From NCBI GenBank assembly GCA_963667255.1, contig OY762940.1, forward strand, positions 768,001 to 832,000: a stretch of DNA of 64,000 bases, written 5' to 3'. This document shows, one piece after another, positions 1 to 11,905 of this stretch. The notes under the pieces are model-generated. The model was not told where the DNA came from and did not search any database. It saw nothing but the letters and a program-made list of their open reading frames with translations. The DNA comes from Candidatus Cloacimonadota bacterium. Lineage in GTDB: Bacteria > Cloacimonadota > Cloacimonadia > G963667145. Every line of letters begins with the position of its first letter. Position 1 is the stretch's first letter. The translations under genes were made by a program, and so were the position numbers.

Positions 1-2
1 GG

Positions 3-1412
3 CGTGGTGCTGATTTTACCAATCTTTTTAATTTTGAGAAAGATTTCCCCAACACAAAAACTGTGAAACTTGAGCAAAATTATCGGTCAACTCAGCAAGT
101 ATTGAATTTGGCGAATTGCTTGATAAAAAACAATACGAAGCGACACGCGAAGGTTTTGTTTGCTCGCGAAGGTTTTACCGGAGAGTTGCCGGGAGTCAGA
201 GTGCTTGCCGATGAGTATATGGAAGCAAAATTCATCGTCAAAGAGATAAAGAAAATTTCCGATTATCAAAATACCGCAATCTTGTATCGGGTGAACTCTC
301 AATCCCGAATTTTGGAAAATGTCTTGATAGAAAAAGGCATTCCTTATGTTGTCCGAGGTGGAACGGAGTTTTTTGCCAGAGCGGAGATAAAGGATATAAT
401 CGCATATTTGAGATTTCTATACAATTCTCACGATTTTTACAGTTTGCAAAGGATTATCAATGTTCCCGTCAGAGGTATCGGAGATGTCAGCGTAAAGAAG
501 TTGATAGATTATTTACACGAAAAGGGCAAATCTTTCTTGGATTTGTCAGATGGAGATTCCATCAATATTTCCGGCACTACTTGGAATGCTATTTTGGAGT
601 TGTCAGCCAAGATGCGTGGTTGGAAAGCCGATTCGGAGATTATTACACCTTTGGCGTTGGTCGAGGAAATCGTCAGCGATACCAAATTGATGAGTTTTTA
701 CGAGAGGAAAGAGACTGACACCAGTATGTCCAAGGGCGAGAATATCAACGAGTTTTTGTTGATGACGGAGTCTTTTTGCGAGAATTTTTACAAGATGCAC
801 GGCACTTATCCGCTCCTTAGTGATTTCTTGGAGAGCATCAGTCTTCAGTCTTCCGTGGAGGATGACCACAACGAAAAAGGTCGTGTGCAGTTGATGACTA
901 TCCACAATGCGAAGGGCTTGGAGTTCGATAATGTTTTTGTGCTTGGTTTGGAGGAAGGGATTTTGCCTCATCAGCTCTCGATGTCGGAGCAATATGGATT
1001 GCAAGAGGAGCGAAGGCTCTTGTATGTGGCGATTACCCGTGCTAAAAAGAAATTGACTTTGAGCTATTGTCGTGAACGCAGGAAATTTTCTACTAGTGGG
1101 TTTAAAACGGAGATTACGACCAAAAGCAGATTTTTGGATGAGTTGGACGAAAAGTTGTGTAAGAGCAATGCCAAAAAGCAATCGTTTGTTTTTGGGAAGA
1201 AATACGAAGACAAGGTGCAGAAAGACATTCAGCAGATAGTGGAGGTCGGTGGCGAGAGCTATTTCAAGAATAAAGAGGCTGTTTTTCATAAGAAGTTTGG
1301 TCAAGGTCTTATCTTGGATGTCAACGGTTCGGGCAAAGATGCCAAGCTGACTATCTCGTTCAGTTCCGGAGAGCTCAAAAAAATTATCGGAACATTCGTT
1401 CAGAAGATGTAG
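3..1412 (+). CDS. pcrA: UvrD/PcrA superfamily 1 DNA helicase, 5'-truncated by the window edge
   Basis: Frame is open from position 3 (RGADFTNLFNFEKDFP). Motifs LEQNYRST, MTIHNAKGLEF and EERRLLYVAITRAK, plus a C-terminal Tudor-like HKKFGQG domain. Confidence 0.93.
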   Translation, partial: RGADFTNLFNFEKDFPNTKTVKLEQNYRSTQQVLNLANCLIKNNTKRHAKVLFAREGFTGELPGVRVLADEYMEAKFIVKEIKKISDYQNTAILYRVNSQSRILENVLIEKGIPYVVRGGTEFFARAEIKDIIAYLRFLYNSHDFYSLQRIINVPVRGIGDVSVKKLIDYLHEKGKSFLDLSDGDSINISGTTWNAILELSAKMRGWKADSEIITPLALVEEIVSDTKLMSFYERKETDTSMSKGENINEFLLMTESFCENFYKMHGTYPLLSDFLESISLQSSVEDDHNEKGRVQLMTIHNAKGLEFDNVFVLGLEEGILPHQLSMSEQYGLQEERRLLYVAITRAKKKLTLSYCRERRKFSTSGFKTEITTKSRFLDELDEKLCKSNAKKQSFVFGKKYEDKVQKDIQQIVEVGGESYFKNKEAVFHKKFGQGLILDVNGSGKDAKLTISFSSGELKKIIGTFVQKM

Positions 1413-1455
1413 GGGAGTGGGTAAACTTTTATGGGGTATCATATAGTAAATATTA

Positions 1456-1908
1456 TTGAAGATGAAATTGATTCATTCGTATGTGGAAAGTGAAGTAGAA
1501 TTGGTTAAGTTAGATATAAAAAATGATACTATTATTTATCAAGGAGAAAGTCATTGGGTTCCAGAGAAAGTAGGAAGTTCTAAGAAATACAAATTGTTAG
1601 CTGAAGGATGGTATAGAGCAGGAATAAAGGCTCAAGAACTTTTCAAGGTTCAGGCGAAAAAAGAAAATTTAATTCTTGAAGAACTTTTTCAGGACCAAAA
1701 AAGCTTTAAATCGTATACAAATACTGCTAAATCTGTTTCAATAAAAAGAGGAGATTTCTTAATTAGAAATATTCGTAATCTTGAAATAGAATGGATGGAG
1801 AAAAATCATTTGGAAATGATTAGTGTAAAAGGTGTAGGGAAATGTTTTCAAGTACCTGTTAGCAAAATAGATAAAGGCTTTGAATTGCTAAATAAATTTA
1901 AAGTATAA
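1456..1908 (+). CDS. AT-rich hypothetical protein, possibly a decayed nuclease-like remnant
   Basis: 150-aa ORF, visibly more AT-rich than its neighbours, with a partial D..E motif (RGDFLIRNIRNLEIE). Start uncertain. Confidence 0.45.
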   Translation: MKMKLIHSYVESEVELVKLDIKNDTIIYQGESHWVPEKVGSSKKYKLLAEGWYRAGIKAQELFKVQAKKENLILEELFQDQKSFKSYTNTAKSVSIKRGDFLIRNIRNLEIEWMEKNHLEMISVKGVGKCFQVPVSKIDKGFELLNKFKV

Positions 1909-1972
1909 TATTAGTAGTAAGTTGTAAAACACAATAGAATTTGTAAACTTCCGAATTATTTTTCGTCATTCT

Positions 1973-3942
<1,970 letters not shown>

Positions 3943-3967
<25 letters not shown>

Positions 3968-4611
3968 TGCAGTCCTTTTGCCAGTTCGCCTAATTCATCT
4001 TGAGAAAAGCTCCACATTTTTTGTTCGGTGTCGGTATCGATTGGGCGGTAGTTTTGCAAAAAATATGGGGCATCCCCCAATTGATTCTCTTCAACAATTT
4101 TGCGAATGTCGCTTGTTTCCAAAAGTGGATGAACAAGCGTGGTGCGGAACTCTTTTTCTCCCGAAAAATTTTTGATGATACTTACACTTTCGTCAATTTT
4201 CCTTGTGTCCAACTCTATACCTGCCAAGAGGTTGTATTTGTCTTTTGGTGCTTTCAAATCCATGGCGATGTAGTCCAAATAAGGCAACACTTTTTCTAAA
4301 TTTTCCGGTGAGTATCCGTTGGTGTCCAATTTTACGAGAAAATTTATCTCTTTTATTTTTTGTAAAAATTGTTCAATGTCGCTTTGCAATAAGGGCTCGC
4401 CTCCGGTCACGGTTACGGCATCGAGCATCCCTTGTCGGGAAGAGAGAAACTCCAAGATTTCATCTTCGGTGTAATCGGTTTCGTCCTTGGATAGCAGCGT
4501 TTTATTATGGCAGAAAGGGCACAAAAAATTGCACCCTTTCGTAAATATAATCGCCGAGAGTTTCCTCGGGTAATCTATCATTGAGACTTTTTGCAATCCA
4601 CCGATTAGCAT
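3943..4611 (-). CDS. nrdG: Anaerobic ribonucleotide reductase activating radical SAM enzyme
   Basis: CNFLCPFCHN (CxxxCxxC) and TGGEP, immediately downstream of nrdD. Confidence 0.93.
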
Positions 4612-6695
4612 TGATATTTAACCATTTTTCTTTCTTCGTATTCCGTCTTTTTGCCGTCGTTCCACTGGCTGATGGGTCGCAGGTAGCCGACAATACGGGA
4701 ATAGACTTCGCACTCGTTCCCGCACTTTGGACAAACTTGTTTTTCGCCCGCTAAGTATCCGTGATTTTTGCAAATGCTGAAAGTCGGAGTGAGAGTGAAG
4801 TATGGTAGTTTATATTTTCCGCTGATTTTTCTAATCAAATTTTTTACCACTGCATAATCCGTAATTTGTTCGCCACCGAAGAGATGGACAACAGTGCCAC
4901 CAGTGTATTTTGCTTGGATGTCGTCTTGTTTACTCAAAACTTCAAAAATATCGTCGGAGTAGTTTACCGGCAATTGAGTAGAGTTGGTGTAATATGGCTC
5001 TTTGCCGACGGAGTTTCCGGCTGTGACGATGTCTCTGTAGAGCTGATTGTCCAGTTTTGCCAAACGATAGCTTGTGCCTTCGGCTGGTGTTGCCTCCAAG
5101 TTGTAATTGTTGCCAGAGCTATTTTGGTAATCTATCAGCTTATTCCGCATAAAATCCATAACTCTTTCGGTAAATGCTTGTCCTTCCTTAGTGCCGATGT
5201 TTTTGCCGAAGAGATTTAGGCAGGCTTCGTTCATTCCCACAAGTCCGATGGTGGAGAAGTGATTTACCCAAAATTTACCGCTTTTCTCTTTCATTCTTCT
5301 CAAATAAAATTTGGAGTATGGATAAAGATTTTTGTCGGTGTATTGTTCCAAGATTTTTCTCTTTATCTCCAAGCTGTCATAGGCAATGTCCATCAGCGAG
5401 GCTAATCTCTCTTTGAACTCGTTTTCATCGTTGGAGAGGTAGCCGAGTCGTGGCATATTGATGGTCACTACGCCGATAGAGCCTGTAAGAGGGTATGAGC
5501 CGAAGAGCCCGCCACCACGGACTTGCAACTTGGATGTGTCGATATTTAGTCGGCAGCACATAGAGCGGATATCTTCAGGGTTCATATTGGAGTTCACGAA
5601 GTTAGCAAAATAGGGGATGCCGTATTTTCCGGTCGCTTTCCATAGGTGTTCCAAAACGGGATTTTCCCAGTCGAAGTCCTTGGTGATGTTGTAAGTGGGA
5701 ATTGGGAAAGTGAAAACTCTGCCGTTCGCATCGCCTTCGCCCATTACTTCCAAGAAAGCTCTATTAATCATATCCATCTCATTTTGAAACTCGCCGTAGG
5801 TCTTGTCTTGGAGTTTTCCGCCAATGATGACAGCTTCGTCTTTGTAGGTTGAGGGCATCGTCAAATCCATGGTGATGTTGGTAAACGGAGTTTGGAAGCC
5901 CACTCTGGTAGGCACATTCAGATTATAAATGAAAGATTGCATCGCCTGACGAACTTTTGGATAGGTCAATTTGTCGTAATAAACGAAAGGTGCCAAAAGG
6001 GTGTCGAAGCTGGCAAACGCTTGAGCACCACTGGCTTCGCCTTGCAGAGTGTAAAAGAAATTGACGATTTGTCCCAAAGCGGAGTTGAAATGGCTTGGCG
6101 GATTGCAGGCTACTTTGCCCTCAACACCTTGGAAACCAGTCATTAGCAAATCTTTTAAATCCCAACCGACGCAATAGACTGAGAGTTGACTCAAATCGTG
6201 GATGTGCAAATCGCCCTTTGAATGAGCGTCTTTGATTTCGGTAGGATAGATTTCGTTGAGCCAATAAGTTTTGCTGACTTGAGAAGCGATGTAGTTGTTC
6301 AGCCCTTGCAAAGAGTAACGCATATTGCTGTTTTCTTTGACTTGCCAGTCCAGTTGCTTCAAATAACTATCTATCATCTTCACGCCGGAGGCAGAGGCGA
6401 TTTCTCTTATCTTTGAGTGTTGGTCACGATAGATGATGTAGGCTTTGGCGGTCTTTTTGTATGGAGATGCCAACAGCACCTCTTCCACTATGTCTTGGAT
6501 GTTTTCCACTGTGGGAGTTTTATCTTTGATGATAGATTGTGCCAAAGAGAGAACTCTCAGAGTGAGTTTTTCCGCCATACTTTGGTCAAATTCTCCGGTT
6601 GCTTTTCCGGCTTTTACCAAAGCAGATGTTATCTTTTCAGGGTCAAAGGCAACTTCGATTCCTTTCCTTTTGTAAATCTTTTTGAACATTTCCAA
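4605..6695 (-). CDS. nrdD: Class III (anaerobic) ribonucleoside-triphosphate reductase with ATP cone
   Basis: N-terminal ATP cone (KRKG..FDPEKI), SMCCRL, EATPAEG, CxxH..CxxC and the glycyl-radical motif YSRIVGYLRP. Confidence 0.96.
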   Translation of the reverse strand: MEMFKKIYKRKGIEVAFDPEKITSALVKAGKATGEFDQSMAEKLTLRVLSLAQSIIKDKTPTVENIQDIVEEVLLASPYKKTAKAYIIYRDQHSKIREIASASGVKMIDSYLKQLDWQVKENSNMRYSLQGLNNYIASQVSKTYWLNEIYPTEIKDAHSKGDLHIHDLSQLSVYCVGWDLKDLLMTGFQGVEGKVACNPPSHFNSALGQIVNFFYTLQGEASGAQAFASFDTLLAPFVYYDKLTYPKVRQAMQSFIYNLNVPTRVGFQTPFTNITMDLTMPSTYKDEAVIIGGKLQDKTYGEFQNEMDMINRAFLEVMGEGDANGRVFTFPIPTYNITKDFDWENPVLEHLWKATGKYGIPYFANFVNSNMNPEDIRSMCCRLNIDTSKLQVRGGGLFGSYPLTGSIGVVTINMPRLGYLSNDENEFKERLASLMDIAYDSLEIKRKILEQYTDKNLYPYSKFYLRRMKEKSGKFWVNHFSTIGLVGMNEACLNLFGKNIGTKEGQAFTERVMDFMRNKLIDYQNSSGNNYNLEATPAEGTSYRLAKLDNQLYRDIVTAGNSVGKEPYYTNSTQLPVNYSDDIFEVLSKQDDIQAKYTGGTVVHLFGGEQITDYAVVKNLIRKISGKYKLPYFTLTPTFSICKNHGYLAGEKQVCPKCGNECEVYSRIVGYLRPISQWNDGKKTEYEERKMVKYQC

Positions 6696-6847
6696 CTCTC
6701 CTTAAAAATCTTGATTTTGATTTTGAATTTTGCTGACTCATTTGTGGATGGAAGAGTTATAAAGTCAAGCACAAATAGCCTTTGAACTTTTTGGCACGCA
6801 ATTAACATTAAAGAAGAAATGTTGAATTGAAAGGGGGAGTTAAATTT

Positions 6848-9361
6848 CTACTTTTTTTTCGAAGGAGTGGAATAAATTCCGGTGTTGAAATTTTGGAAAT
6901 ATTTTTGAGCAATACTTTGGATTTCGGAGCGGGTTGTTTGCTCGATTCTTTTTTCTCTATTCAGATAATGTTCATAGCCGAGCCCGAAAAGTTCCAAGTG
7001 TGATAGGCTACAGGCGATGTTTAGCGGGTCTTCTTCCGCAAACAGCTTTGAGTTTTTCAGGTAATTTTTGCTCATTGCCAACTCTTCTTCGGTTACGCCA
7101 TAGCGAGCAATGCTATTCAGGATTTCCTTGGTAACATCCAAAACCTCTCTGCCCGAGTCTTTCTGCACGAGAGAGGCAGCCCTGAAATATCCGAAATCGT
7201 CATAGCAATTGTGGGCAAATCCGCACGAGTAGGCGATGCCCATTTGTTCCCGCAAGGTGTTGAACATTCGAGAGCTGATGCTGCCACCTATTATTTGGCT
7301 CAAGAGAGAAAATGCGGTCGTCTCTTTGATGTTTTTCGCACTGTCCGTAGAGCCGATGATATAGACGATGTCTTGGGTTGAGTCTTCCAAAGGTAAGCAA
7401 ATTTCTCTATTCTCGGGCAAAACAAATCTCGCTTTCCCGTCAAAACTGACAGGGGGAACACAAAAGCTGGCAAAGATTTTTTTACAGGCGGAGATTATCT
7501 TTTCTGCATCAACTGCACCGACAATGCTCAAAACGAAATTTTGTGATAAGAAGTAATCTTGATGCCATTTTTTTAGCTGTTTCAAGTTGATTTGCTTCAG
7601 GCTTTCCGCCGTTCCTCTTTTGTGGACATAGGGGTTTGTCAGCCCAAAAATCTCCTTTTTGAAAAGTTCGTTGGCAAGAGAAACAGGATAGTCGTGTATC
7701 CTTTGCAAATGAGAGAGATACCTGCTTTTTAGCTGGCAAAACTCCTTTTTGTCAAATCTGGGGGAGAGAAATACCAAACTCAAAAGTTCCAACGCCTCAA
7801 TGATAGAGTGGGAAAAACATTTCAGCTCCAAAGAAGTAATATCTATGTTATTGTTGGAGCAGATTTTAAGACCGTTCTCTTGGCAATAATCGACAAATTG
7901 ATTGTAATCTTGCTTTTTGTTCCCAAACATCAGCATATCCGTGCAAAGATTGTGAATCCCCAACTGCTCCGAAGTCTCGTATTTTTGCGAAGAGGGAGTG
8001 GACAAGCAAATACCGCAGGTTTTTTTTTCGGGTTCGTTTTTTATGACTATTTTGAAATTCTCAAAAAGTTCGTAGGAAAAAATATTGGACTGCGGGATTT
8101 CAAGTTTTGATTTCGTTGCATTGTTTTGATTTTCCACGGAGGAGCGACCCATGTGATAGATTTGGTAATCACTGAAATACTTTTTTATTGTTTCTTGCAG
8201 AGACTCAAACGAAACTTGCTTTACTCGCTGGGAGTATTCGTAAGTAAATTTGTAGTCGCTGGCGATGTGGGACAAGCCCAATTGCACTCCCAAATCTTCG
8301 CACGATTCGAAACTAAACTCGTGGGAATTACAAAGGATTTTTTGAGCTTGCAAAAATTGTCCGTAAGAACTGCCATGCGAACAAAAATCTTCGATACATT
8401 TGACCGCTTCTTGCAAAACTTTTTGAGGATTTTTTTGGGGAAAAATCTGCAAAACAAAAGAGCCCGGAGTCGCTTGTCCTATCTCACATGAGCCAATATG
8501 GTCGGCAATCCCCAAATCTTGTTTAAGCTTCTTTTGCAAGATGGAGTTGGGATGTTCCGCCAAGATCGTGGTTGCCAGCATAAACGGAATATAATCGTCC
8601 TCACTTTGAGCCGGAGAGTTGAAGAGGATGTTGATTTGAGGCTTCTCTACCGATTTTTTGAAAAATTTGTATCTCTTTTTGTGTTGGTTCAGAGGCTCGG
8701 TAGCTTGAGTAGATTTTGTGACTTCGTGAGGTAGCCAAGAACCAAAATTTTCTTGAACAGCAGTTTCAAAGATTTTTGGCAAATTTCCGACTGCGACCAT
8801 AAAACAGTTTTTTGGAGAGTATTTTTCACTATAAAAATTCCGCAACTGATTTGGTGTGGAATTTCTCAAATTTGCTTCGTTCCCGATGATGGGATATTGG
8901 TAATTGGCGTGCTTGAAAAAATGTCCGAGAGAGTTCTCGAAAAACCATTCGTCAGGGTCGTTTTGATATTGGTATAGTTCCTCTATCACGACTCCTTTTT
9001 CCGTGGCAAACTCCTCATCGTCGAAGTTGGCAAAGCGGACAAGTTCGGACAAAATCTTGATCCCCTCTTGCGTGTGATGACTCGGTAGCATCAGATAAAA
9101 ACAGGTTGAGTTGTATTCGGTAAAGGCATTGATAGAGCCACCCAGATGCGAGACGGTGTCCATTATGGAGTTTTTGGGGAAATTCTTTGTCGATTTGAAC
9201 ACCAAATGTTCCGTGAAATGAGCAAATCCTCTTTCCGCTTCGGCTTCCTGATTGGAACCGGTTCGCACAAAAACAGCCAAATATATGATTTCTTTGTCGC
9301 TTTGCGGACAGGAGATTATCTCAAATCCGTTTTCCAATATTGTCAGAGTATGGTTTAACAT
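6848..9361 (-). CDS. M16 family (insulinase/pitrilysin-like) zinc peptidase
   Basis: Inverted zinc motif HFTEH, NAFT and a C-terminal LREQMGIAY motif. Two-half architecture. Confidence 0.9.
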   Translation of the reverse strand: MLNHTLTILENGFEIISCPQSDKEIIYLAVFVRTGSNQEAEAERGFAHFTEHLVFKSTKNFPKNSIMDTVSHLGGSINAFTEYNSTCFYLMLPSHHTQEGIKILSELVRFANFDDEEFATEKGVVIEELYQYQNDPDEWFFENSLGHFFKHANYQYPIIGNEANLRNSTPNQLRNFYSEKYSPKNCFMVAVGNLPKIFETAVQENFGSWLPHEVTKSTQATEPLNQHKKRYKFFKKSVEKPQINILFNSPAQSEDDYIPFMLATTILAEHPNSILQKKLKQDLGIADHIGSCEIGQATPGSFVLQIFPQKNPQKVLQEAVKCIEDFCSHGSSYGQFLQAQKILCNSHEFSFESCEDLGVQLGLSHIASDYKFTYEYSQRVKQVSFESLQETIKKYFSDYQIYHMGRSSVENQNNATKSKLEIPQSNIFSYELFENFKIVIKNEPEKKTCGICLSTPSSQKYETSEQLGIHNLCTDMLMFGNKKQDYNQFVDYCQENGLKICSNNNIDITSLELKCFSHSIIEALELLSLVFLSPRFDKKEFCQLKSRYLSHLQRIHDYPVSLANELFKKEIFGLTNPYVHKRGTAESLKQINLKQLKKWHQDYFLSQNFVLSIVGAVDAEKIISACKKIFASFCVPPVSFDGKARFVLPENREICLPLEDSTQDIVYIIGSTDSAKNIKETTAFSLLSQIIGGSISSRMFNTLREQMGIAYSCGFAHNCYDDFGYFRAASLVQKDSGREVLDVTKEILNSIARYGVTEEELAMSKNYLKNSKLFAEEDPLNIACSLSHLELFGLGYEHYLNREKRIEQTTRSEIQSIAQKYFQNFNTGIYSTPSKKK

Positions 9362-9406
9362 TGTTTACGCCTTTAAACTTATGTGGTTGGTTATTATCCA
9401 AAAAAA

Positions 9407-9501
9407 GCAGACAAACATAAATACGAATCTAAATCGGGTTAATGCTGCTTCCTCTCGGACCTGACATGGTTTGCCGAATAGACACTATCTAAGTTGCCTG
9501 C
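9407..9501 (-). ncRNA. ffs: Signal recognition particle RNA (small bacterial 4.5S type)
   Basis: Minus strand reads ACCATGTCAGGTCC-GAGA-GGAAGCAGCAT (domain IV). Ends GCAGGCAAC and GTTTGTCTGC pair, a U-tract follows, and TTGACA lies upstream (9538-9543). Confidence 0.92.
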
Positions 9502-9611
9502 ATTGGTTAATCGTCAACAATTACAGTGTGTAGAGAATGTCAATTTTTTTGTTGTTTGTTATGGACAATCGAGCCGTAGGTAAAAAACTGGAAAATAATT
9601 GGATAAAAGAA

Positions 9612-9762
9612 GATTTGATGAAAAATATTAAATTCAAAAATTGCGTAACCTTGGAAGAGATAACCAAAGGGTTTTTACTGTATAGGCAACTTTGCAGTTG
9701 GGGTAAAAAGCCTGAGGGGAACTTCGAGTTCTTGGGCGAGACTTTTGAATTGAAAATGAATC
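9612..9762 (+). ncRNA. Candidate structured RNA (6S-like rod or cis-regulatory leader)
   Basis: AATTCAAAA/TTTTGAATT closing stem, side hairpins, inner TTTTTAC/GTAAAAA stem and a GCAA-capped terminal hairpin. Strand inferred from G-U pairs. Confidence 0.4.
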
Positions 9763-9793
9763 GGACGGAAATAATAATAAAAAGGATTAATTT

Positions 9794-11905
9794 GTGACTT
9801 ATCTGTGGCAAGACATTAAACTGGAAATTAAGAACAACCTTTGGCAGGTGTTATCACTGATTTTCTTGTCGTTTGCGTTCGTTTATTCTCTGAGAATTTT
9901 TGGAGTGGATTGTATTTCGTTTGCCAAAAATCAAGAATTGTTATTCGCCAAAAGCTCTGCCGGCAGTTTGTATAAAAGCAATTTCTTTTCGGGAATACCT
10001 GCTTTATTTAGTCCTCCGATTATAGATAATTTGTTCTTCGATTCCATTTTGGTTTTTCCTTTTGTTTCTTTGGCGGCAGGCTCTGTGGGCGTTTATTTTT
10101 TCTTGCACTATGGCAAAGGTGTATCAAGCTGGATTGCCGTGATAGCTTCGTCAGTTTGGTTGGTGTTGCCCTTTTGGCAATATCTGGACGCCTCACAAGA
10201 TTTTGCTTTGCTCAGATATTTTGCGATTTTGCCATGGGTAATTTTTGCAGTGCGTTATTTGCGGGAAAAGCAGTCGTTGTGGGCATTTTCTTGCGTGAGT
10301 TTTTCTTTTGTGTTGTTGTTTAGGGTTTGCGACCCTCAAGCATTTTGGTTCTTTTTGGTTTTTTTCTTTTTGGCACTAATACTGTTTTTCTTGGAAAATC
10401 TTTTGCAAAGGAAAGCGTTGGATTATTCCAAATTTTTGCTTCTGATTGTTACCGCTTTTTTGTTTGCCGTTTTTGCAGCATCACAGCCGCTGTTCAGCTT
10501 TTTTAAGCTCTTTGGGAATTTTATTTACTCCAACGACTTCACTGTCTCTTTCGATGTGTTTACCGGCTTTTTTGATGCAAACTCTTTTTTGATGATGGGA
10601 GTTATCTTTTTGGTGATAGCAGGTTTTGGGTTTAGGGGGAACATATTGCTTGTAATCTCTTTTTTGTCGCTTCTCATTTTGCCGTTTTGCACAGATTTTT
10701 TCCCTGGGGCTTGGATAGTAAAAAATCCTTTTCTGTTGTTTGGATTTAGCCTTACTTTTGCAGTGGTTTTGTTCGGCATAGGTTTGGACAGAATATTGAA
10801 AATGAAGTTGAGCCTATTGGAAAAAGGACGACACTATTTTGTTTTTCTGCTTCTTTCGGTTTTTTTACTTTCGATTTTCATAGTGTGGAGTGGGAATTTT
10901 AGCTTCCGCTCATTTTTCTTGTTGTTGCAAATCTTGTCATTGTTTCTATTTGTCTTGGTTTTGTCCTTCCGCCGTAGATTTGATAATCATTTTGCTTTTC
11001 TCTTTCTGATTTTTCTTTTGATTTTCCCGATGTTCGCCATCAGCGGATTTCGTCATAGGTTGCATTATGCTCCGGTCAATAACGACTATTACAATTCGTT
11101 GGATAGACTGGTGGCTGACAATGCTGGTGATTACAGGATTTACCCGCTGGAGAGATTGTTTACCGACAATCGTCTTGGGCAAAAATTTGAGGTAATAGGT
11201 GGTTCTGCCCGCATCATTCAGCGGAATTTCAGACAGCTTTTGCAAAATTGCTTGGAGTTTAAGCTTAGCAGTGATTTGCCGATAAATTGGAATGTTATCG
11301 ATATGTTGGCTGTGAAGTATGTTTTGCGGGAAAACGCTTCGCTCAAGGTCGATGAACTTGCTTATTTGGACTATGATGTGAAGACGAAAATCTCCGTGTA
11401 TGAGAACAAAAATTATCGGGGGAAATTGTGGTTTGTGGACAAGGTTGTCTCATTGCAAAATCCCGAATATGTATTCAAGGCGATTAATTCGGCGGATTTT
11501 GACCCTTTTCAAGAAGCGATAGTTGACAGGGATTTTTCTTTTGATGTTGCCATACCCGAAAAATACAGTGCCAAAATTATCGAGAATGCAAACGACAAAA
11601 TCCAATTGAGAATATTCACGGATGTGCCGTCTTTCTTAGTTTTTAGCAACAATTTTTCTGATGATTGGTATGCATTTGATGATACGGGAGGAATTAAGAT
11701 TTTTAGGGTAAACTATTTTCTGCAAGGGTTTTACCTCACTCCCGGGTTGCATAATATCTCCTTGGAATACATACCGGTTTTGGAGCGAGTTACGCAGGTG
11801 ATTTCTTTTATTTTCTTGGTGTTGCAGATTGTGCTGTTGATTGCCGGCTACTACTTGTATGTAAAAAATAATTATGCCAATAAAACAATTTATATCTTGA
11901 AATGA
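9794..11905 (+). CDS. YfhO-like multi-pass membrane protein (putative GT-C glycosyltransferase)
   Basis: Many hydrophobic helices, then a soluble domain with DMLAVKYV, VYEN and W.A.....IFRVNYFLQG..L.PG.H.I.L.Y, and a final TM helix. Confidence 0.65.
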   Translation: MTYLWQDIKLEIKNNLWQVLSLIFLSFAFVYSLRIFGVDCISFAKNQELLFAKSSAGSLYKSNFFSGIPALFSPPIIDNLFFDSILVFPFVSLAAGSVGVYFFLHYGKGVSSWIAVIASSVWLVLPFWQYLDASQDFALLRYFAILPWVIFAVRYLREKQSLWAFSCVSFSFVLLFRVCDPQAFWFFLVFFFLALILFFLENLLQRKALDYSKFLLLIVTAFLFAVFAASQPLFSFFKLFGNFIYSNDFTVSFDVFTGFFDANSFLMMGVIFLVIAGFGFRGNILLVISFLSLLILPFCTDFFPGAWIVKNPFLLFGFSLTFAVVLFGIGLDRILKMKLSLLEKGRHYFVFLLLSVFLLSIFIVWSGNFSFRSFFLLLQILSLFLFVLVLSFRRRFDNHFAFLFLIFLLIFPMFAISGFRHRLHYAPVNNDYYNSLDRLVADNAGDYRIYPLERLFTDNRLGQKFEVIGGSARIIQRNFRQLLQNCLEFKLSSDLPINWNVIDMLAVKYVLRENASLKVDELAYLDYDVKTKISVYENKNYRGKLWFVDKVVSLQNPEYVFKAINSADFDPFQEAIVDRDFSFDVAIPEKYSAKIIENANDKIQLRIFTDVPSFLVFSNNFSDDWYAFDDTGGIKIFRVNYFLQGFYLTPGLHNISLEYIPVLERVTQVISFIFLVLQIVLLIAGYYLYVKNNYANKTIYILK

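Noticed and set aside
4605..6695. Intein or intron in nrdD
   Set aside because: The ORF is continuous, of normal length, and has no splicing motifs.
9668..9750. Resemblance to twister (GGT-NNN-AAGC-C) or yybP-ykoY (GCGAGAC) motifs
   Set aside because: The required 5' elements (UAA-N4-GC, GGGGAGUAG) are missing.
9537..9811. ORFs 9537-9797 (+) and 9521-9811 (-)
   Set aside because: No recognisable motifs or RBS; they overlap the SRP promoter and the structured RNA candidate.
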